From positions 1 to 64,000 of the forward strand of contig CAXIUT010000078.1 in the NCBI GenBank assembly GCA_964035545.1: DNA of 64,000 nucleotides. Reading direction: 5' to 3'. Below are positions 27,614-41,223 of this stretch, in pieces. Source of the DNA: Bugula neritina. Lineage: Eukaryota > Animalia > Bryozoa. The position numbers and the translations under genes were made by a program. Position 1 is the first letter of the stretch. Each line of letters opens with the position of its first letter. The notes beneath the pieces were generated by a model, which saw nothing but the letters and a program-made list of their open reading frames with translations, did no database searches and had not been told where the DNA came from.

Positions 27614-28434
27614 AATAATTCTAAAACTAAGCTTCGCATCTTCTAGTAATCAGGACATTATTAAAATCCTAATTACCTGATCATTTTGCCTATCTATACT
27701 AAGGGTTTTGCAAAATTCTTAAATAATACTTCGCTTCTAAGTTCTACTTTTCTACTAAGGATGCGATCAATTTCTTTTTCATCTTCCCAAGGTAACTTTC
27801 CATAAAGCATTTTTGCCCAACAATATATCATGCTCTCAAGATCGTCTCTTCTAGAAGGCTATATACCAAGGTGATTGTTAATGGATGCATACAATAGTTC
27901 ATTTAGGATAGGTTTTTATTATGAGTATTATACATGTTTATTATTTTTTAAAAAGTGTTTATTTCTGCCAAATCCAACCAAATATATTTTTTTGTTATTG
28001 ACTCCTGTCCCTACAAGCCACTTTTTCAATCCAACTGTGCGATGAAGATAACCTTTTCTATGTATAAGTTATAACCTTTTTATCATTTGATCTGCTACCA
28101 TCAAAAATGTAGGCATTCGAAAAACTCCGTTGCATTTTTTAAGAATACTATCGAGATCATTTCCCAATAGAGTTTCCACTAAAATATTGCTATTTTAAGT
28201 TGTTTCAACTTTATAGCATACTGGAAGACCATAATCGACCATCACTTGATAATCTTTTTGTATTTCTTTTAGCATTGTTGCTTCTCTGAGCAAAGAGGAT
28301 GCAGATCGATCTTGTAGTTTCAATGCAAACTATTTACCTGTTTTAATACTAATGCAGTGATATATTTAGGAATGGTTTCCTTGGACCATAAGAGTTATTA
28401 ACTTATACTCTCCACCGAACACAACCTATTACAT
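27614..28434 (-). CDS. Casein kinase 1-like pseudokinase; 3' end runs into the telomeric tract
   Basis: LLG.DL, YASINNHLGIEPSRRDDLES, LPW, PDY; HRD changed to HRT and DFG to GFG; no stop before the tract. Confidence 0.85.
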
Positions 28435-28503
28435 AATTCTTTATTTTAAGTGATCTTATTTTATTTAACTTAAATTTTACTTATTTAATCAAACTAAATC
28501 TGA

Positions 28504-29712
28504 TCAAAGTGAACTTTCCTTTTTCTTGTTACTTTTGGTTGTTTCAAACAGACCATTGTGACGAGCAGTCTGTTTAAAAGGAGGAGTTTGTAGTAGTTCA
28601 GAGGCTGATGGACGATCTTACCAATTAGCAGCTCCCATCTTTTCAACAATCCGAAGTAATCTTTCAGAATAGCTAGTCAGATCCATCCTGTTTTCTACCT
28701 AGATTCCTCTATCACGCATTTTTAGCCACTGTTGACCATTGTTAGGTAATTGTTCAAGAGTAAGCATTTAATAGGCAGTCATTCCTAAACTGAAAATATC
28801 AGCTTTAGTGAGATCAGTTCCTGTTGAAAGGTTCAATACTTCTTTTGCTAAATATCTTGAATCTCCTTCTTCAATTTAACGGGTTCTAAGTTTTGCAGCT
28901 CTACTTAATCCAAAATCAGCTATTTTAAGAGTTTTTTCTTTGAATAAGATATTTTATGGTTTCATATCAAGGTGTAGAATTCCGTGTTTGTGAATAGATG
29001 CCAGACCAAGAAGGGCAGCTCTTAGATAGTTAATAATTGTTTTTTAGGGTATAGCTTTTGATAAATTTCTATGTTAGGAGATAACTTTCTGGAGACTATT
29101 TTAACAATACTCCATCGCTAAATAGAGTTATCCCTATTCGATCCAAGAGTGATAGTATCTGATTATATTAGGACATTGCCCAGAAAGTACCCATAGTGAT
29201 CCCAAAGCTTGTACCTCATTGACTGACATACGATTAGCTCTGGCTGTCTTGATGGCAAAGTATTATTGAGTTAGCCTTGAGCGGTAGAGACCAACATTTG
29301 AAAAATGACCTTTTCCGAGATTCTGGATCAGTTCATAATCTTGTTCAAGTCTAGAAATGTAAAAAGGACTAACTTCAATATCTTCATGAGGATAAATTTT
29401 ATGTGAAGATTAGTTATTTAAAGCTGAGTTTTTATTTTTTTTTGACTAAGGATTTTCTTTAGGTTTTACCTAACTGTTCATTTTAGATTAATCATCTTAT
29501 TTAATAGTATTTTTCTTTGGAGTTTCAAAGGTTTCTTGTTTTCTAGGGGTTTAAAACATTATTTTCTTAGGAGGTGTTTCAACTATCATGATTTTTTTGG
29601 GAGGAGTTTCAAAAGAATGAGAATAATTATGATGGTCGATTTAGTTCGAATGGGGAGGTGTGACATATTGATTCTTATGTTTTTCGGGAGTCATTTCAAT
29701 TTAAATATCCAT
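28504..29712 (-). CDS. WEE1: Wee1-family kinase
   Basis: HLDMKPEN, KIADFG, EEGDSRYLAKE, DLTKADIFSLG, LPNNGQQW; intact 403-codon frame. Confidence 0.88.
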
Positions 29713-29843
29713 TTGACAGTTAAATTTAATTAATAAACTAAATAACTTTTAAGTAAATTTTGTATGATAAGCATTAAATCTATTTTAATATAAAAATTTG
29801 AATATGATTATTTAGATTTGAAAGATATAATAATCTAATTAGA

Positions 29844-32717
29844 TCAAAGCAATTCAAGATTTCTACTCATTTCAAACTGATGGATAGCTTTCTGTTTGGC
29901 ATTTTTTCGTGCTTCTTTTCGATGCATCCCTGAAAAAGTTGATAAAACATCTTTCAAAGTTATCACATCAGATGAACCTTGTAGCTATGTCTTGCCATAT
30001 TCAACAGTTTTCACTGATGATAGTTTAGCAATAAAATCTAAAATACGCTTTATGGACTGAGAAGCTTGATTTCTGTTCGAGTATACAGATAGCAATCCTA
30101 GAAGACCTGATGCCAGTTGATCAAGCAGTAACACACAAATGCCTTGTCGATTAGCAATATCAAAGTTGAACTATTCCATTCTTGCCTGTCTGAAAAATTA
30201 TTTGACCTTCACTTTTGATAAATTTTGATGATGTAAATGAGGTATAAAAATATACTATCTAGGAGCTAGTCTTGATTATGGATCATTTTCATAGCTATTA
30301 TCTGATTGATGATCTACAAGGTAGATATTTTTTTATGGAAAATAGGAGCCATCCATTAGCATATCGAAAAGATGGAATGAGGTTGCATAATCATTCAAGA
30401 AAGGATCAATTCCAAGCACCCAATATTTACTTGTTGATTTCTAGACTAAGAAATCAACTGTAAAGACTCCAAACATCTTACGTAATTTGAAAGAATCACA
30501 GAGTTGTCGTATAGCACTGGCAGCTGTAGCAGGTTCCATTATTTGCTGGGGAAAATGGCAAGCTAAAGATCGAAATGGTTGTCCATTAATTTTTAAAAAC
30601 TACTCAGAATGCGATGCTCTCCTTCTGGTCCTAGTTAGAAACAAACTGAAGCTGTTGCTAACTGTTCTCGCACACAAAGAGGGTGAGCTTCTATAATTCC
30701 TCCTTTTTTGATAAATCGACCAACAAAATCAGTAAATCCTCGATAAACTGTAGGAGCTGCGACTTGCAACCTTTAATACAAATGTTATCTTAAATAATCT
30801 CTCACTCTGATCGTGGCTTATTGTTGTTGGGGATCTGAAGCTATTTATGTTGCAAAAGTCTATGGATCTCTTGCTTCAAGCTGTTTCAATATAGATCGAA
30901 GATATTTAGAAGTTGTAAAGTCTACAAAAGCAATTCCTCTTCCATTGATTTAATCATCTATTTTTAATACCCATGAAGTAAAGGTGGGATTCTTGACTAT
31001 AAGTACTGAAAAAGTATTTAAAAATTATCCATAATCGTACATCTCCATGGCAGCTGGTAGAGTTTCAATACAGAGGTTTCTTAGTAATCTTTTAGTTTGA
31101 GACTTTGTGGTGAAAGCCTTCATTCTCTGAGGTTCACCTGAAAAAAGGTAACAATGAAGATGATCACATATTTTGAGGAGTTAATTGCAAGGTTGGCCAG
31201 GATAGAGAATCGTTGGCAGATCAGCAGTTATTACTTTAAGTTGATTTAGAGTACTAGCACTATAATATAGCATTTTAGCTGTTGATAAGTGAGCAGGTAG
31301 CCGACTAGCAAGTTCAGGAGTCATGAAAACTAATCTTTATCGATGATTGTCTAAACCAGCTAGTTCCATCATACGATAGTAATAGGCTAGAAGTTCTGGA
31401 GATAATTCTGTGGGACTGATAAAGATCAAAATTAAGTTAGGATCTCTTAGTCTAAATATTCTAGCTAGTTGGGCATTTTGTCTTTAAGGAAGATAATTCA
31501 TACTTAATCTTTTTTCTTCATCAACTTCAATAGAAGCCAAATGTATTTATATTCTTTTTCCTTCTTTAAGAGTTTTATATTCTTTAGCGAAACGGTTCTG
31601 TTTAGCTTCAAATCCATCTAAAATACGTTTGTTTCTTGCTTCTACTCCCTTTTAAAACTTAAGACGGTCAAGTTTCTTCCTGAAGAATCTTTGAATAACA
31701 ACTGTACTCTTTCTAAGAGTGGCAAACTTATCCCTGATACTTCTCATTCTCCAATAAGAAGCGATTAATGTCACAGCTTTTATTTTTCCTTCTTTACCTG
31801 CAAACTGAGAATCAACTTTGTGGGGAACTTTTTATTGCAAAGGAACTCCTTTTAAACAACTTAAAAGTTAATTTTGATTTATTTTGTCTTTTAGACAAAG
31901 ATAAGCCAGTTTCTTTCCATCTAAGACTGCATATTCTATCATTTATTTTTGAAGAAAGTTAAGTAATCGACTTATTTAATCTTGGATTCTTGAAAAAATG
32001 CTTTAATAAACCCTTTGATAAGAAGAAAAATCTGTATTATCAGAGTTTAATTCCCCCATTATTATTTAAAATTCATACAAGATAGGTTTTTTTGGAGTTT
32101 GCTTTATATAACTACGTTTGAGTCCTCCCCTTGTTGGATTGAATTCGACTTGCCTGATTGGTCTTTTTTGTTAAAAATTTCTGGAACGATAGTGAGCTGA
32201 TCCTGGTAAACTTTTTTTGATATCTTCTTCTGAGGGAAGCATAGATTAAAAATTTTTCTATAAATGAATGCGATCAACAGTATAGTCAGCTGCTTTAAGG
32301 ATTTTTTAATGATGACTATGCATTTTAAGAGGTCTATTTTCGATTGCAAAAGAAAAGCTGTCTTAAATTTTGGTTGACTATTATTTTTGTTTGATGCTTG
32401 AATGTATTTTAGGCCTGTGTTTTCTTAAGGCAGTCACTATAGGAGGATCATCTTTTCTTAGGGAAATATTGGGGAGTCTATCTTTCTGAATATTTTTTTT
32501 AATACTTGTTATTTATGTTTTTTATCGATTTGTTGTTAATTTTTGTTGAGAGTGTAGATAACTTCATTCATGTATTAATTCATATTAGATCCGAGGGCTA
32601 GCTATTGAAATAAATACCATCTTGAGGAGTATTTTCCAATTATTGAGCTTCTTTTTTAAGTCTGAAAATGTGTTCACGGGCTTATTGAATATTTGTAAAG
32701 AGGTCTTTTCCTTTCAT
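29844..32717 (-). CDS. IQCH: IQ motif-containing protein H-like
   Basis: RIEIHLAS...RQNAQLARIFRLRDPN...YYYRMMELAG...TPE...LYYS, preceded by IQ-like motifs; 20-nt intron 32598-32617. Confidence 0.7.
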
Positions 32718-32853
32718 ACTAACGAAATGCTATGCAAAGTTATATTAATCAACCTCGAAAATAACAGGTAATACAATAAAATTAAATTAAAATATCAATC
32801 ATAATATCCAATATTTTATCTTTAACATTTTATTTTATGAGATCATAATTAAT

Positions 32854-33682
32854 ATGAAATTTTTTTAGTTTTTGACTCTAACTCTCATAGTTGTTTCTGT
32901 ATCTGCACAAAGTATTTACTTTTCTATCTAGCTTTTAAAGCAGTTTTTGCTCTTAGTTGGCTCTCAGGATTTTGCTAGAATTAAAGAAAAAATCATCGAT
33001 AGGAATGCGAACCATCTTTAGTATCTCTTTGGGACAAGTATATATCAATCAATAAAGTCAAAGCTTTACCATTCATGGATTATGGCCAGATAGAAACTCT
33101 TCTGCCACTTATGGAAACTTCAATGTTCAAATATTTGAAAAGCATCTTGAACTTTGGGATGATATGTACAATTATTATCCAGCTAAAATAAAAAATTCTA
33201 CTTCATTAACCTTTCTTTGGCAGCATTAATGGGAAAAACATGGCAAGGATTATGCAGATATTATTTATAAATTGAGACCAAGTGATTTTCCAGGGACAGA
33301 TGATTAGAGAAATGATGCCCTTCAATTGGCTTATTTTACTGATATAATAAATCTATACAAAAGTTTAAAGGTAGAAAAAATACCTCAAGAAAGTATGAGT
33401 AGTAGTTAGTTTAGTTCTCTTCTAGGTATTACATAAAAACAAATGTATTCTGACTGCTTTCAAGGAAGCTAAATCAGATAGATTAAAATTTGTCTTGAAA
33501 TAAAGAAAACAGGACTGAATATAATTGAATGTTCTCGATCTTCTTCGACTTGTTCGAAAGGCGCAGCTATAATGAATTTCTTTTCATGGCATCCCAAAGG
33601 ACAAAGAAGAGTATTTGACTATGAAAAAAGATCCTAAGTTGCTATAAACTAAAATAATCTTCAAAATGAACAAACTATGTGA
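32854..33682 (+). CDS. Secreted ribonuclease T2
   Basis: Signal peptide; CAS I FTIHGLWP; CAS II LWQHEWEKHG (catalytic Glu encoded by TAA); 20-nt introns 32912-32931 and 33038-33057. Confidence 0.9.
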
Positions 33683-33771
33683 TTGATAATCATTGAATTA
33701 ATAGTATTTATCAATTTGAATTAATTTATTTATTAAGTTTATTTAGTAAATTAATATTAAAGATAATACTA

Positions 33772-35163
33772 TCATCTTTACATTGATTTAAGTTCTTCTT
33801 AGGCAAATGCTTATGGCTCTTCATTATCTAGGTTTTGTTTCATAGTTTCTTGTAAAACTTTCCAGGCAACCAAGCTGGCGATTAAAGAAATAATAGCGAA
33901 TAGAACGTAAACAGAAACTTGTTTCCAAGAATCTAGAGGTATTAAAATATATGGCATTAAAATAGCTGCAAGTCTACTGGTTCCTAAACAGAATCCATAG
34001 CCTTTAGTTCTTATTTTAGTTTAAAAGGATTCAGTTGTTATTGGCTCTAAGACTTGATTTACGCAAGCAGTGAAGAATCTAGCGAATGATTCCATTAAGA
34101 TAAAAGAAGTAGCTATAAAAACTAGATTGGAAAAAGCTAATCCTAAAAATAGGATCATTAATGAAAATTTTCTACCTATATTAGGATGATCTATAAGTAA
34201 AAGAGAAAGGAATATAGTTGGCAGTTCAGCTATTTGGATCTAGATGTAAGAAGATAGACTGAAAGCTTTATTAGTTGTGGCTGGAATATGTAGCCCTTGT
34301 ACTGTAAGTTGTCCATAGTTACATATATTGAAAATAGCCCAACAAGTACAAAGCCCAAGAATAATTTTAGTCTATCCATAGCGAAATAGATCTAAATAGC
34401 TAGTTTTGAGATTTCCTTCACTCTTTTGAAATTACTATTGAATTTATTACTTTTCAGCTTCGTCTAATTGATGCTCTTATCCATGATTAACTTTAATAAT
34501 CCGATCAAGAACTGCAAAAGCTTCATTGTATCTTTTATGAGTGATTAAGTAACGAGGAGATTCTTCAATAACAAAAAAAGAAAGTATGAAAGCTAATAAA
34601 CTGGGAAGACCTGCAGTAAAAACCATGAGTTTCCAATTCGTATCTACGATAACTTCTTTGAGAAAGATATATCCAAGGACTAGCCCTAAAACTTTTCCGA
34701 TTGTCATGTAGTAGTTTATGATTAGCATACCTTTACCTCGATATTGTATAGGACTGATTTAAGCAAAGGCACTTGTTAGTGAAGCTGTTACATATCCATA
34801 GCTGAAGCCATAGGTAAATCTAAAGACAAAGAAGAGAACTTAAGAATTGGCCAGGAAGAAGAGTGAAGATGCTATGACTTGTATCAAGGATCCAGTAATA
34901 ATGATAATTTTTCTTCCATATTTATCTGAAAGGAGCCCACTGATAAGAAATCCTACGAGTACACCTGCAAAATAGAGGCTGGCAAAGAGTGAGAGAAGAT
35001 TTTCTGATAAATCAGGATACAACGACTTGATGATGGGATTAAGAAAACAGCCCATAGTTATTTATAATCCATTGGTGGTGTGTATGAAGAAGATAACTAA
35101 CATGGTCCATCCTTGGAAGCAACCTAATCCCAGCTTATTATTGATAACGTTGTCCAAGCCCAT
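33772..35163 (-). CDS. MFS transporter (SV2/organic cation type)
   Basis: LSDKYGRK, EESPRYL, ESFETKIRTKGYG; intact 464-codon frame. Confidence 0.88.
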
Positions 35164-35363
35164 CTTTTTGTTTTTGTATTTAAATAATCTAAATATTGAC
35201 AACTATTGTATTTGAACAAAAATAGTTGAAATATTTATGTTTAAGAATCGTTTTTTATATTTTTTGAAGTGATAATCAATTGAAATATTTTATTTAAGAT
35301 TTGAAATGTTTTTGGATTATTAAGTGGCAGTTACTTTGATCGGATTTCTATTCAATTATTCGA

Positions 35364-36611
35364 ATGCAACAGCAAACTCAAAAATAACTTAGACAACAAA
35401 GGTTTGCCTCCATCAGAAAAAGCCTTGCTACTAACACAGCCATTTTAGCCACTACACAGCGTCTTGAATAAAAAATTTAACGTAGACAAGAAAGAAGTAG
35501 CCTTCCTATTGATGAAAATTAACTTTGTTCTTCTTAAATGTGGGAATAAACTCTTTCTGATGACGGTCTTAATGGCTCTCTTTTTAATGATTGGTATGAA
35601 GTGCGAGAGAAAGCTGGTGAGGGAGCTCATGGTGTTGTAAAAAAATGTGTCAATAAGCGAACAGGAGAAATTTGCGCAGTTAAAACTATAAAATTGGACA
35701 GATAGTATATTTTGCATTTGAAAGAAAACTTCATGGAGATAAAATCTTTAAAACACCCTCATATTCTTGGTTATAAAGCTCTTTTCTTTGAACCTAGACA
35801 TTCCAGATGTTACTTAGTGATGGAATATATTCCTTTTCCTGACCTAAGCCAAGTTCAGTTATAATCAGAAGAGGAACTAAGAGAAGTTGTCTTCCAGTTA
35901 CTCAGAACTATCAAGTATATTCATCAGCATAAAATATGCCATAGAGACATTAAACCTGAAAATATTCTTTATGATCAGGATAAAAGAAAAATAAAACTTA
36001 TTGACTTTGGGATCAGCAAAAAAGTTGAAGAAAGAGGACGAAAAAGAGATATGCTCACTATGACTGGCACTCCTTATTTCAGGGCTCCTGAAATGTTCGA
36101 AGGAGGAGGTTATAATGAGATGGTTGATCTTTGGGCACTAGGAGTAACTGTTTTTAAACTAATGACCGGAAAAACTCCCTTTGAGTCAGACTATCACATA
36201 GACACTATAAGTAATATCATCAAATCTTAAGTGACATTCCCATCAAAACTCAGATTTGAATGTAGTCAGACATCCAAAAATTTAGTACGAAGATTGCTGA
36301 AGAAATCAAACAAAGAAAGACTTACTTCTAAGGATGCTTTAAAGGATATTTGGTTTATCAATATGAAAGAGAATAATATGAAAGGAGATTAAGAAGAAAA
36401 TGAAGATGAATTTAGTCGATCTATGAGTTTGGGAAAGTGTTGGGTTGATGAAGAACAAAACTAAGTAAAGTTTAATTTATCTCATAGTCCTGCTACTAAG
36501 TTTGATAAGAAGGTGAGTGTCATTTAATGCACTCGTTCATTCAAGGAAATATTTGAGCCAGAAGATAGTATTTTTGGAATTGAATAATCTAATGCAAAAT
36601 AGTTTCAGTGA
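35364..36611 (+). CDS. Ser/Thr protein kinase (CAMK group)
   Basis: GEGAHG, FAVK, HRDIKPEN, DFG, GTPYFRAPE, DLWALG. Confidence 0.88.
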
Positions 36612-36773
36612 GGATGAAATATTTGATCCTGAGTAATTTGCTTATTAATTAATACTAATTATCATAAATTAACTTATTTAAAATTGAAAATATGATTGAA
36701 CAAGCTTTTTTCTTCATGATAGTTTTATTTATAAAAGAAAATAATCAACATTATTATTTTTTAATCCCAACTA

Positions 36774-38137
<1,364 letters not shown>

Positions 38138-38234
38138 TTATATTAAAGTCATTTTCAAATATAAACTATTATTATGATTGAAAATAATTGAACGATATAA
38201 CTAAATAAGAATGAAATTTTAGATAATTAGAGGA

Positions 38235-40176
38235 TCAGTTTGTTTGTATGATTTTTCCTTTTTAATTTTTTTAGAACTTTTATTATCCATTTTTCGAGGT
38301 TCTGGCTAATTTATTTCCTTTTCTAACTTAATGAATTTATTCACGATATTTATTTTTGAATTTCATTTCTACTTGTCCCTACTTATGGAAGTGATAGATA
38401 GTTTTTGATGTATTAATTATAAATTCAGTCATTTAATTTCGATCATGATAGTATACTTGAAAACCATTCGAGTAAATTAGTTTAATATCTCCATTCACAT
38501 GATTAACTACTGTAAATTTAAAAGGACTAGGAAAAACCTCTTTCAATACCTTACTAATATACTATATTTCTTCTTTGCCATTTTTGTAAAGTCGTGTTAT
38601 CTATATATATTAATATAATTACTTTTCCATTACTTTCCTCTTCTTTTTCTAGTTATACAACCTCATTTTTTTTACTTAGATAATATTGGTAGTGTTCCAG
38701 GCTTTATATATTGAAAAATTGAAGATCAAAATCAAGTAAGTTGAATTTGTCATCAGCAAAAGAGAAGAGGTATGAGTTAGTTGGAGCTCCTTCCCAATAG
38801 TTTATATGTTTGATTGATTAAACTTTCTTTTAAATTTGTTTTGCTTTATTTTTTATTTATATTTTTTACACTTCAATAAATTTGATTTCCTCTTTGAGAC
38901 TTTAGTTTTCCTTTATTAATTCATCTACTTTTTTCTGTAGTCTATCATTATGTCTTTGTAGTTAATTTTTAATTTTTTTCTTATCATTTTATGCTGTTTC
39001 AAGTTTATTTTTAAGTTACTAAAGTTAAATTTTTAATTTCCAGTCTGGTTTTCCTGATGTTTGTTGATCTTTCATGTACCTTTTCTCGATATTAAGTTTT
39101 TTGGTTTAGTTTTTTATTTTTTATTATTGTTATTTAACTTTTTCTTCTCTTTATTTCTAAAATAATTCTCTTTATTTAAGTAAGCGCTTATTTTCTTATT
39201 CATACTTTTATTTTTCTTTAAGAGATTTTTGCTTTTATTTTTGGAGATCATCAATTTTCTTTTCAATCTAACTTTTTTTGTCTATCAAGTATTCATTGAT
39301 AATTTGTTCTTTTACCTTCATTGGTACATCTTTGCATTATATTTTACCGACTTTACCTATCTAAGTAGGTTCCTTATCTTTTTTGGTTTCTATTTTGTAG
39401 TATTTTTGTAATAACTTTGAAGGACCTTCTTCTTGTTTTTCTTATTTATCTTAATCCCAGTCATTATATTGATTCCTTTGAGGTTGAGTCTTTTCTGGTT
39501 TAAATTTTGTTTATTTTAAAGGTTTCTTAGGATATTTGTAATCTTCATCACTGTCAGAATTAAAACAGATATTCTCTTCTTGTAAAGTTTAGTTATTTTG
39601 ACTCGGGGCTTTAGGAATAGAAGATTGTTTAAAATTATTTTGATGTTGAACTTGTTATAAAGGCTTTTTAGAAGTTTGATGAAACTTTACATCCTCATCC
39701 TGTTCTTCATCACTATCTATTTCTTCTTGTTTATTTAAGAAAGCAGCCATTGTAGTAATTGCAGTATTCTTATGACTATTATTTTTTTCTTTACTAAAAC
39801 TATTTTTCTGTTATTTTTTATTGATATTTGAGGTGCCTAAATAGTCTTCTAGTAAAGCTGGTTTTTTTTTGTTGGAGTTACTTAAACTTTTCTCTTCTTT
39901 ATTCCAAGGTTTATTTTCTTTAGGTTTTTCTTTATTCACTGCAATATGAACTTCAGGTTATTTGACTGGTTGTTTTTTTATTGATATTTTGATATCTTCT
40001 TACTTTTGTCTTCCAAAAGTAACGGACCCTATTTTTGTTTATGCTAGGTCTGAATCCTTTTAGGAATAATCGACTATTTTTGATTTTTGGTTGAGAGAAC
40101 GAGGGCCTCCTGCATTGGATAGAAACTCTCTGGCTCCTTTTTTAAGAAAGGGTTTCTTTTATTTCTTGTTAGACAT
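38235..40176 (-). CDS. CENPJ: SAS-4/CENP-J-like centriole protein
   Basis: N-terminal KPFLKKG, central coiled coil, C-terminal Tcp10-type beta repeats (LYKNGKEE, NGDIKL, YSNG); intron 38601-38622. Confidence 0.7.
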
Positions 40177-40326
40177 TTGAATTATTAACTATAAACATAA
40201 AATATTACTTTATGTTCTATTTACAAAATATAGTGATAACTAAATTAAGCTTTTACTGATGCTATATTGTTGAAAATAGATAAAAAATATTTTGTATCAA
40301 TTAATATATTTTTTGAATAAGATAAA

Positions 40327-40797
40327 ATGAATAAGTTTAACTAGTCAACAAAATAGATGGAGAATAACTTCCAAGAAGAACAATATTCTGGTCCTCCTCC
40401 TGAATCACCACAATAATTAAACGATCTCATCTAGCTACCTCATCAACTCTAAAGTAAATATTACTTTGATCCCATGAAACCTCCTTCATATTCCATTCTT
40501 TCAAAAAAAAGAGATCAACTTGTTTAAGAACACTAGAATAACAAAGCTCAGAATAATACAGATAAATAAAATAGTAATAGCAACATATTAGCGTCTTTCG
40601 CAGTAAAAATAACTTAAAATACAGTTTGTAATATAGATAGTCCCTGGGAAAAGGAAGATTTCAATAATCATTAACCTTTAACTTTTCCTCTAGATCTTTC
40701 TAAAAATGAACTTTTTCTTGGTTTGTATTTATCCTAAAAACAAGGATAATTAAAAAGTTAAACTTGTTGTTGTTCTGAAGCCAATCACGCTAAATGA
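40327..40797 (+). CDS. Hypothetical protein
   Basis: 157-codon frame ending CCCSEANHAK-TGA. Confidence 0.5.
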
Positions 40798-40872
40798 TTA
40801 AATTTAAAATATTGGTTTTGTCTTGATTAAATAGAATCATTATTCATATATAATTTATTTGTTTATTCTTGA

Positions 40873-41124
40873 ATGGATAGCGATAAGATGGAGATCTTTT
40901 AAGTAAAAAGTTTTGAGAACGCATGCGAATACCAGAAGGTGCTAGCTAACTATTAATTTAAAAAAGGAAAGAAGCTGACTTTACAAAGTAGTGCTGCCCT
41001 TGCTAAGCATGCAATAGTTCTTAGCGAGTCAATCATTATGCGGGATAGACACATGACATATAGTTTGGTTGATTATTAGGGTTAAAAAGATCTATTCAAA
41101 ATAGAACTCAGGTTCAAAAAATGA
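40873..41124 (+). CDS. Small protein, possibly Alba-like fold
   Basis: 83 aa; KLTLQSSAALAKHAIVLSESII loosely resembles the Alba/Rpp20 core. Confidence 0.4.
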
Positions 41125-41223
41125 TATCTATATCTTTTTTGGAATTGAAATGTTTATTTGATAACTCTTTCTTTTCTTTTTTAATAAATAAAGTTAATTA
41201 AATAAGATATGATTTGTATGTGA

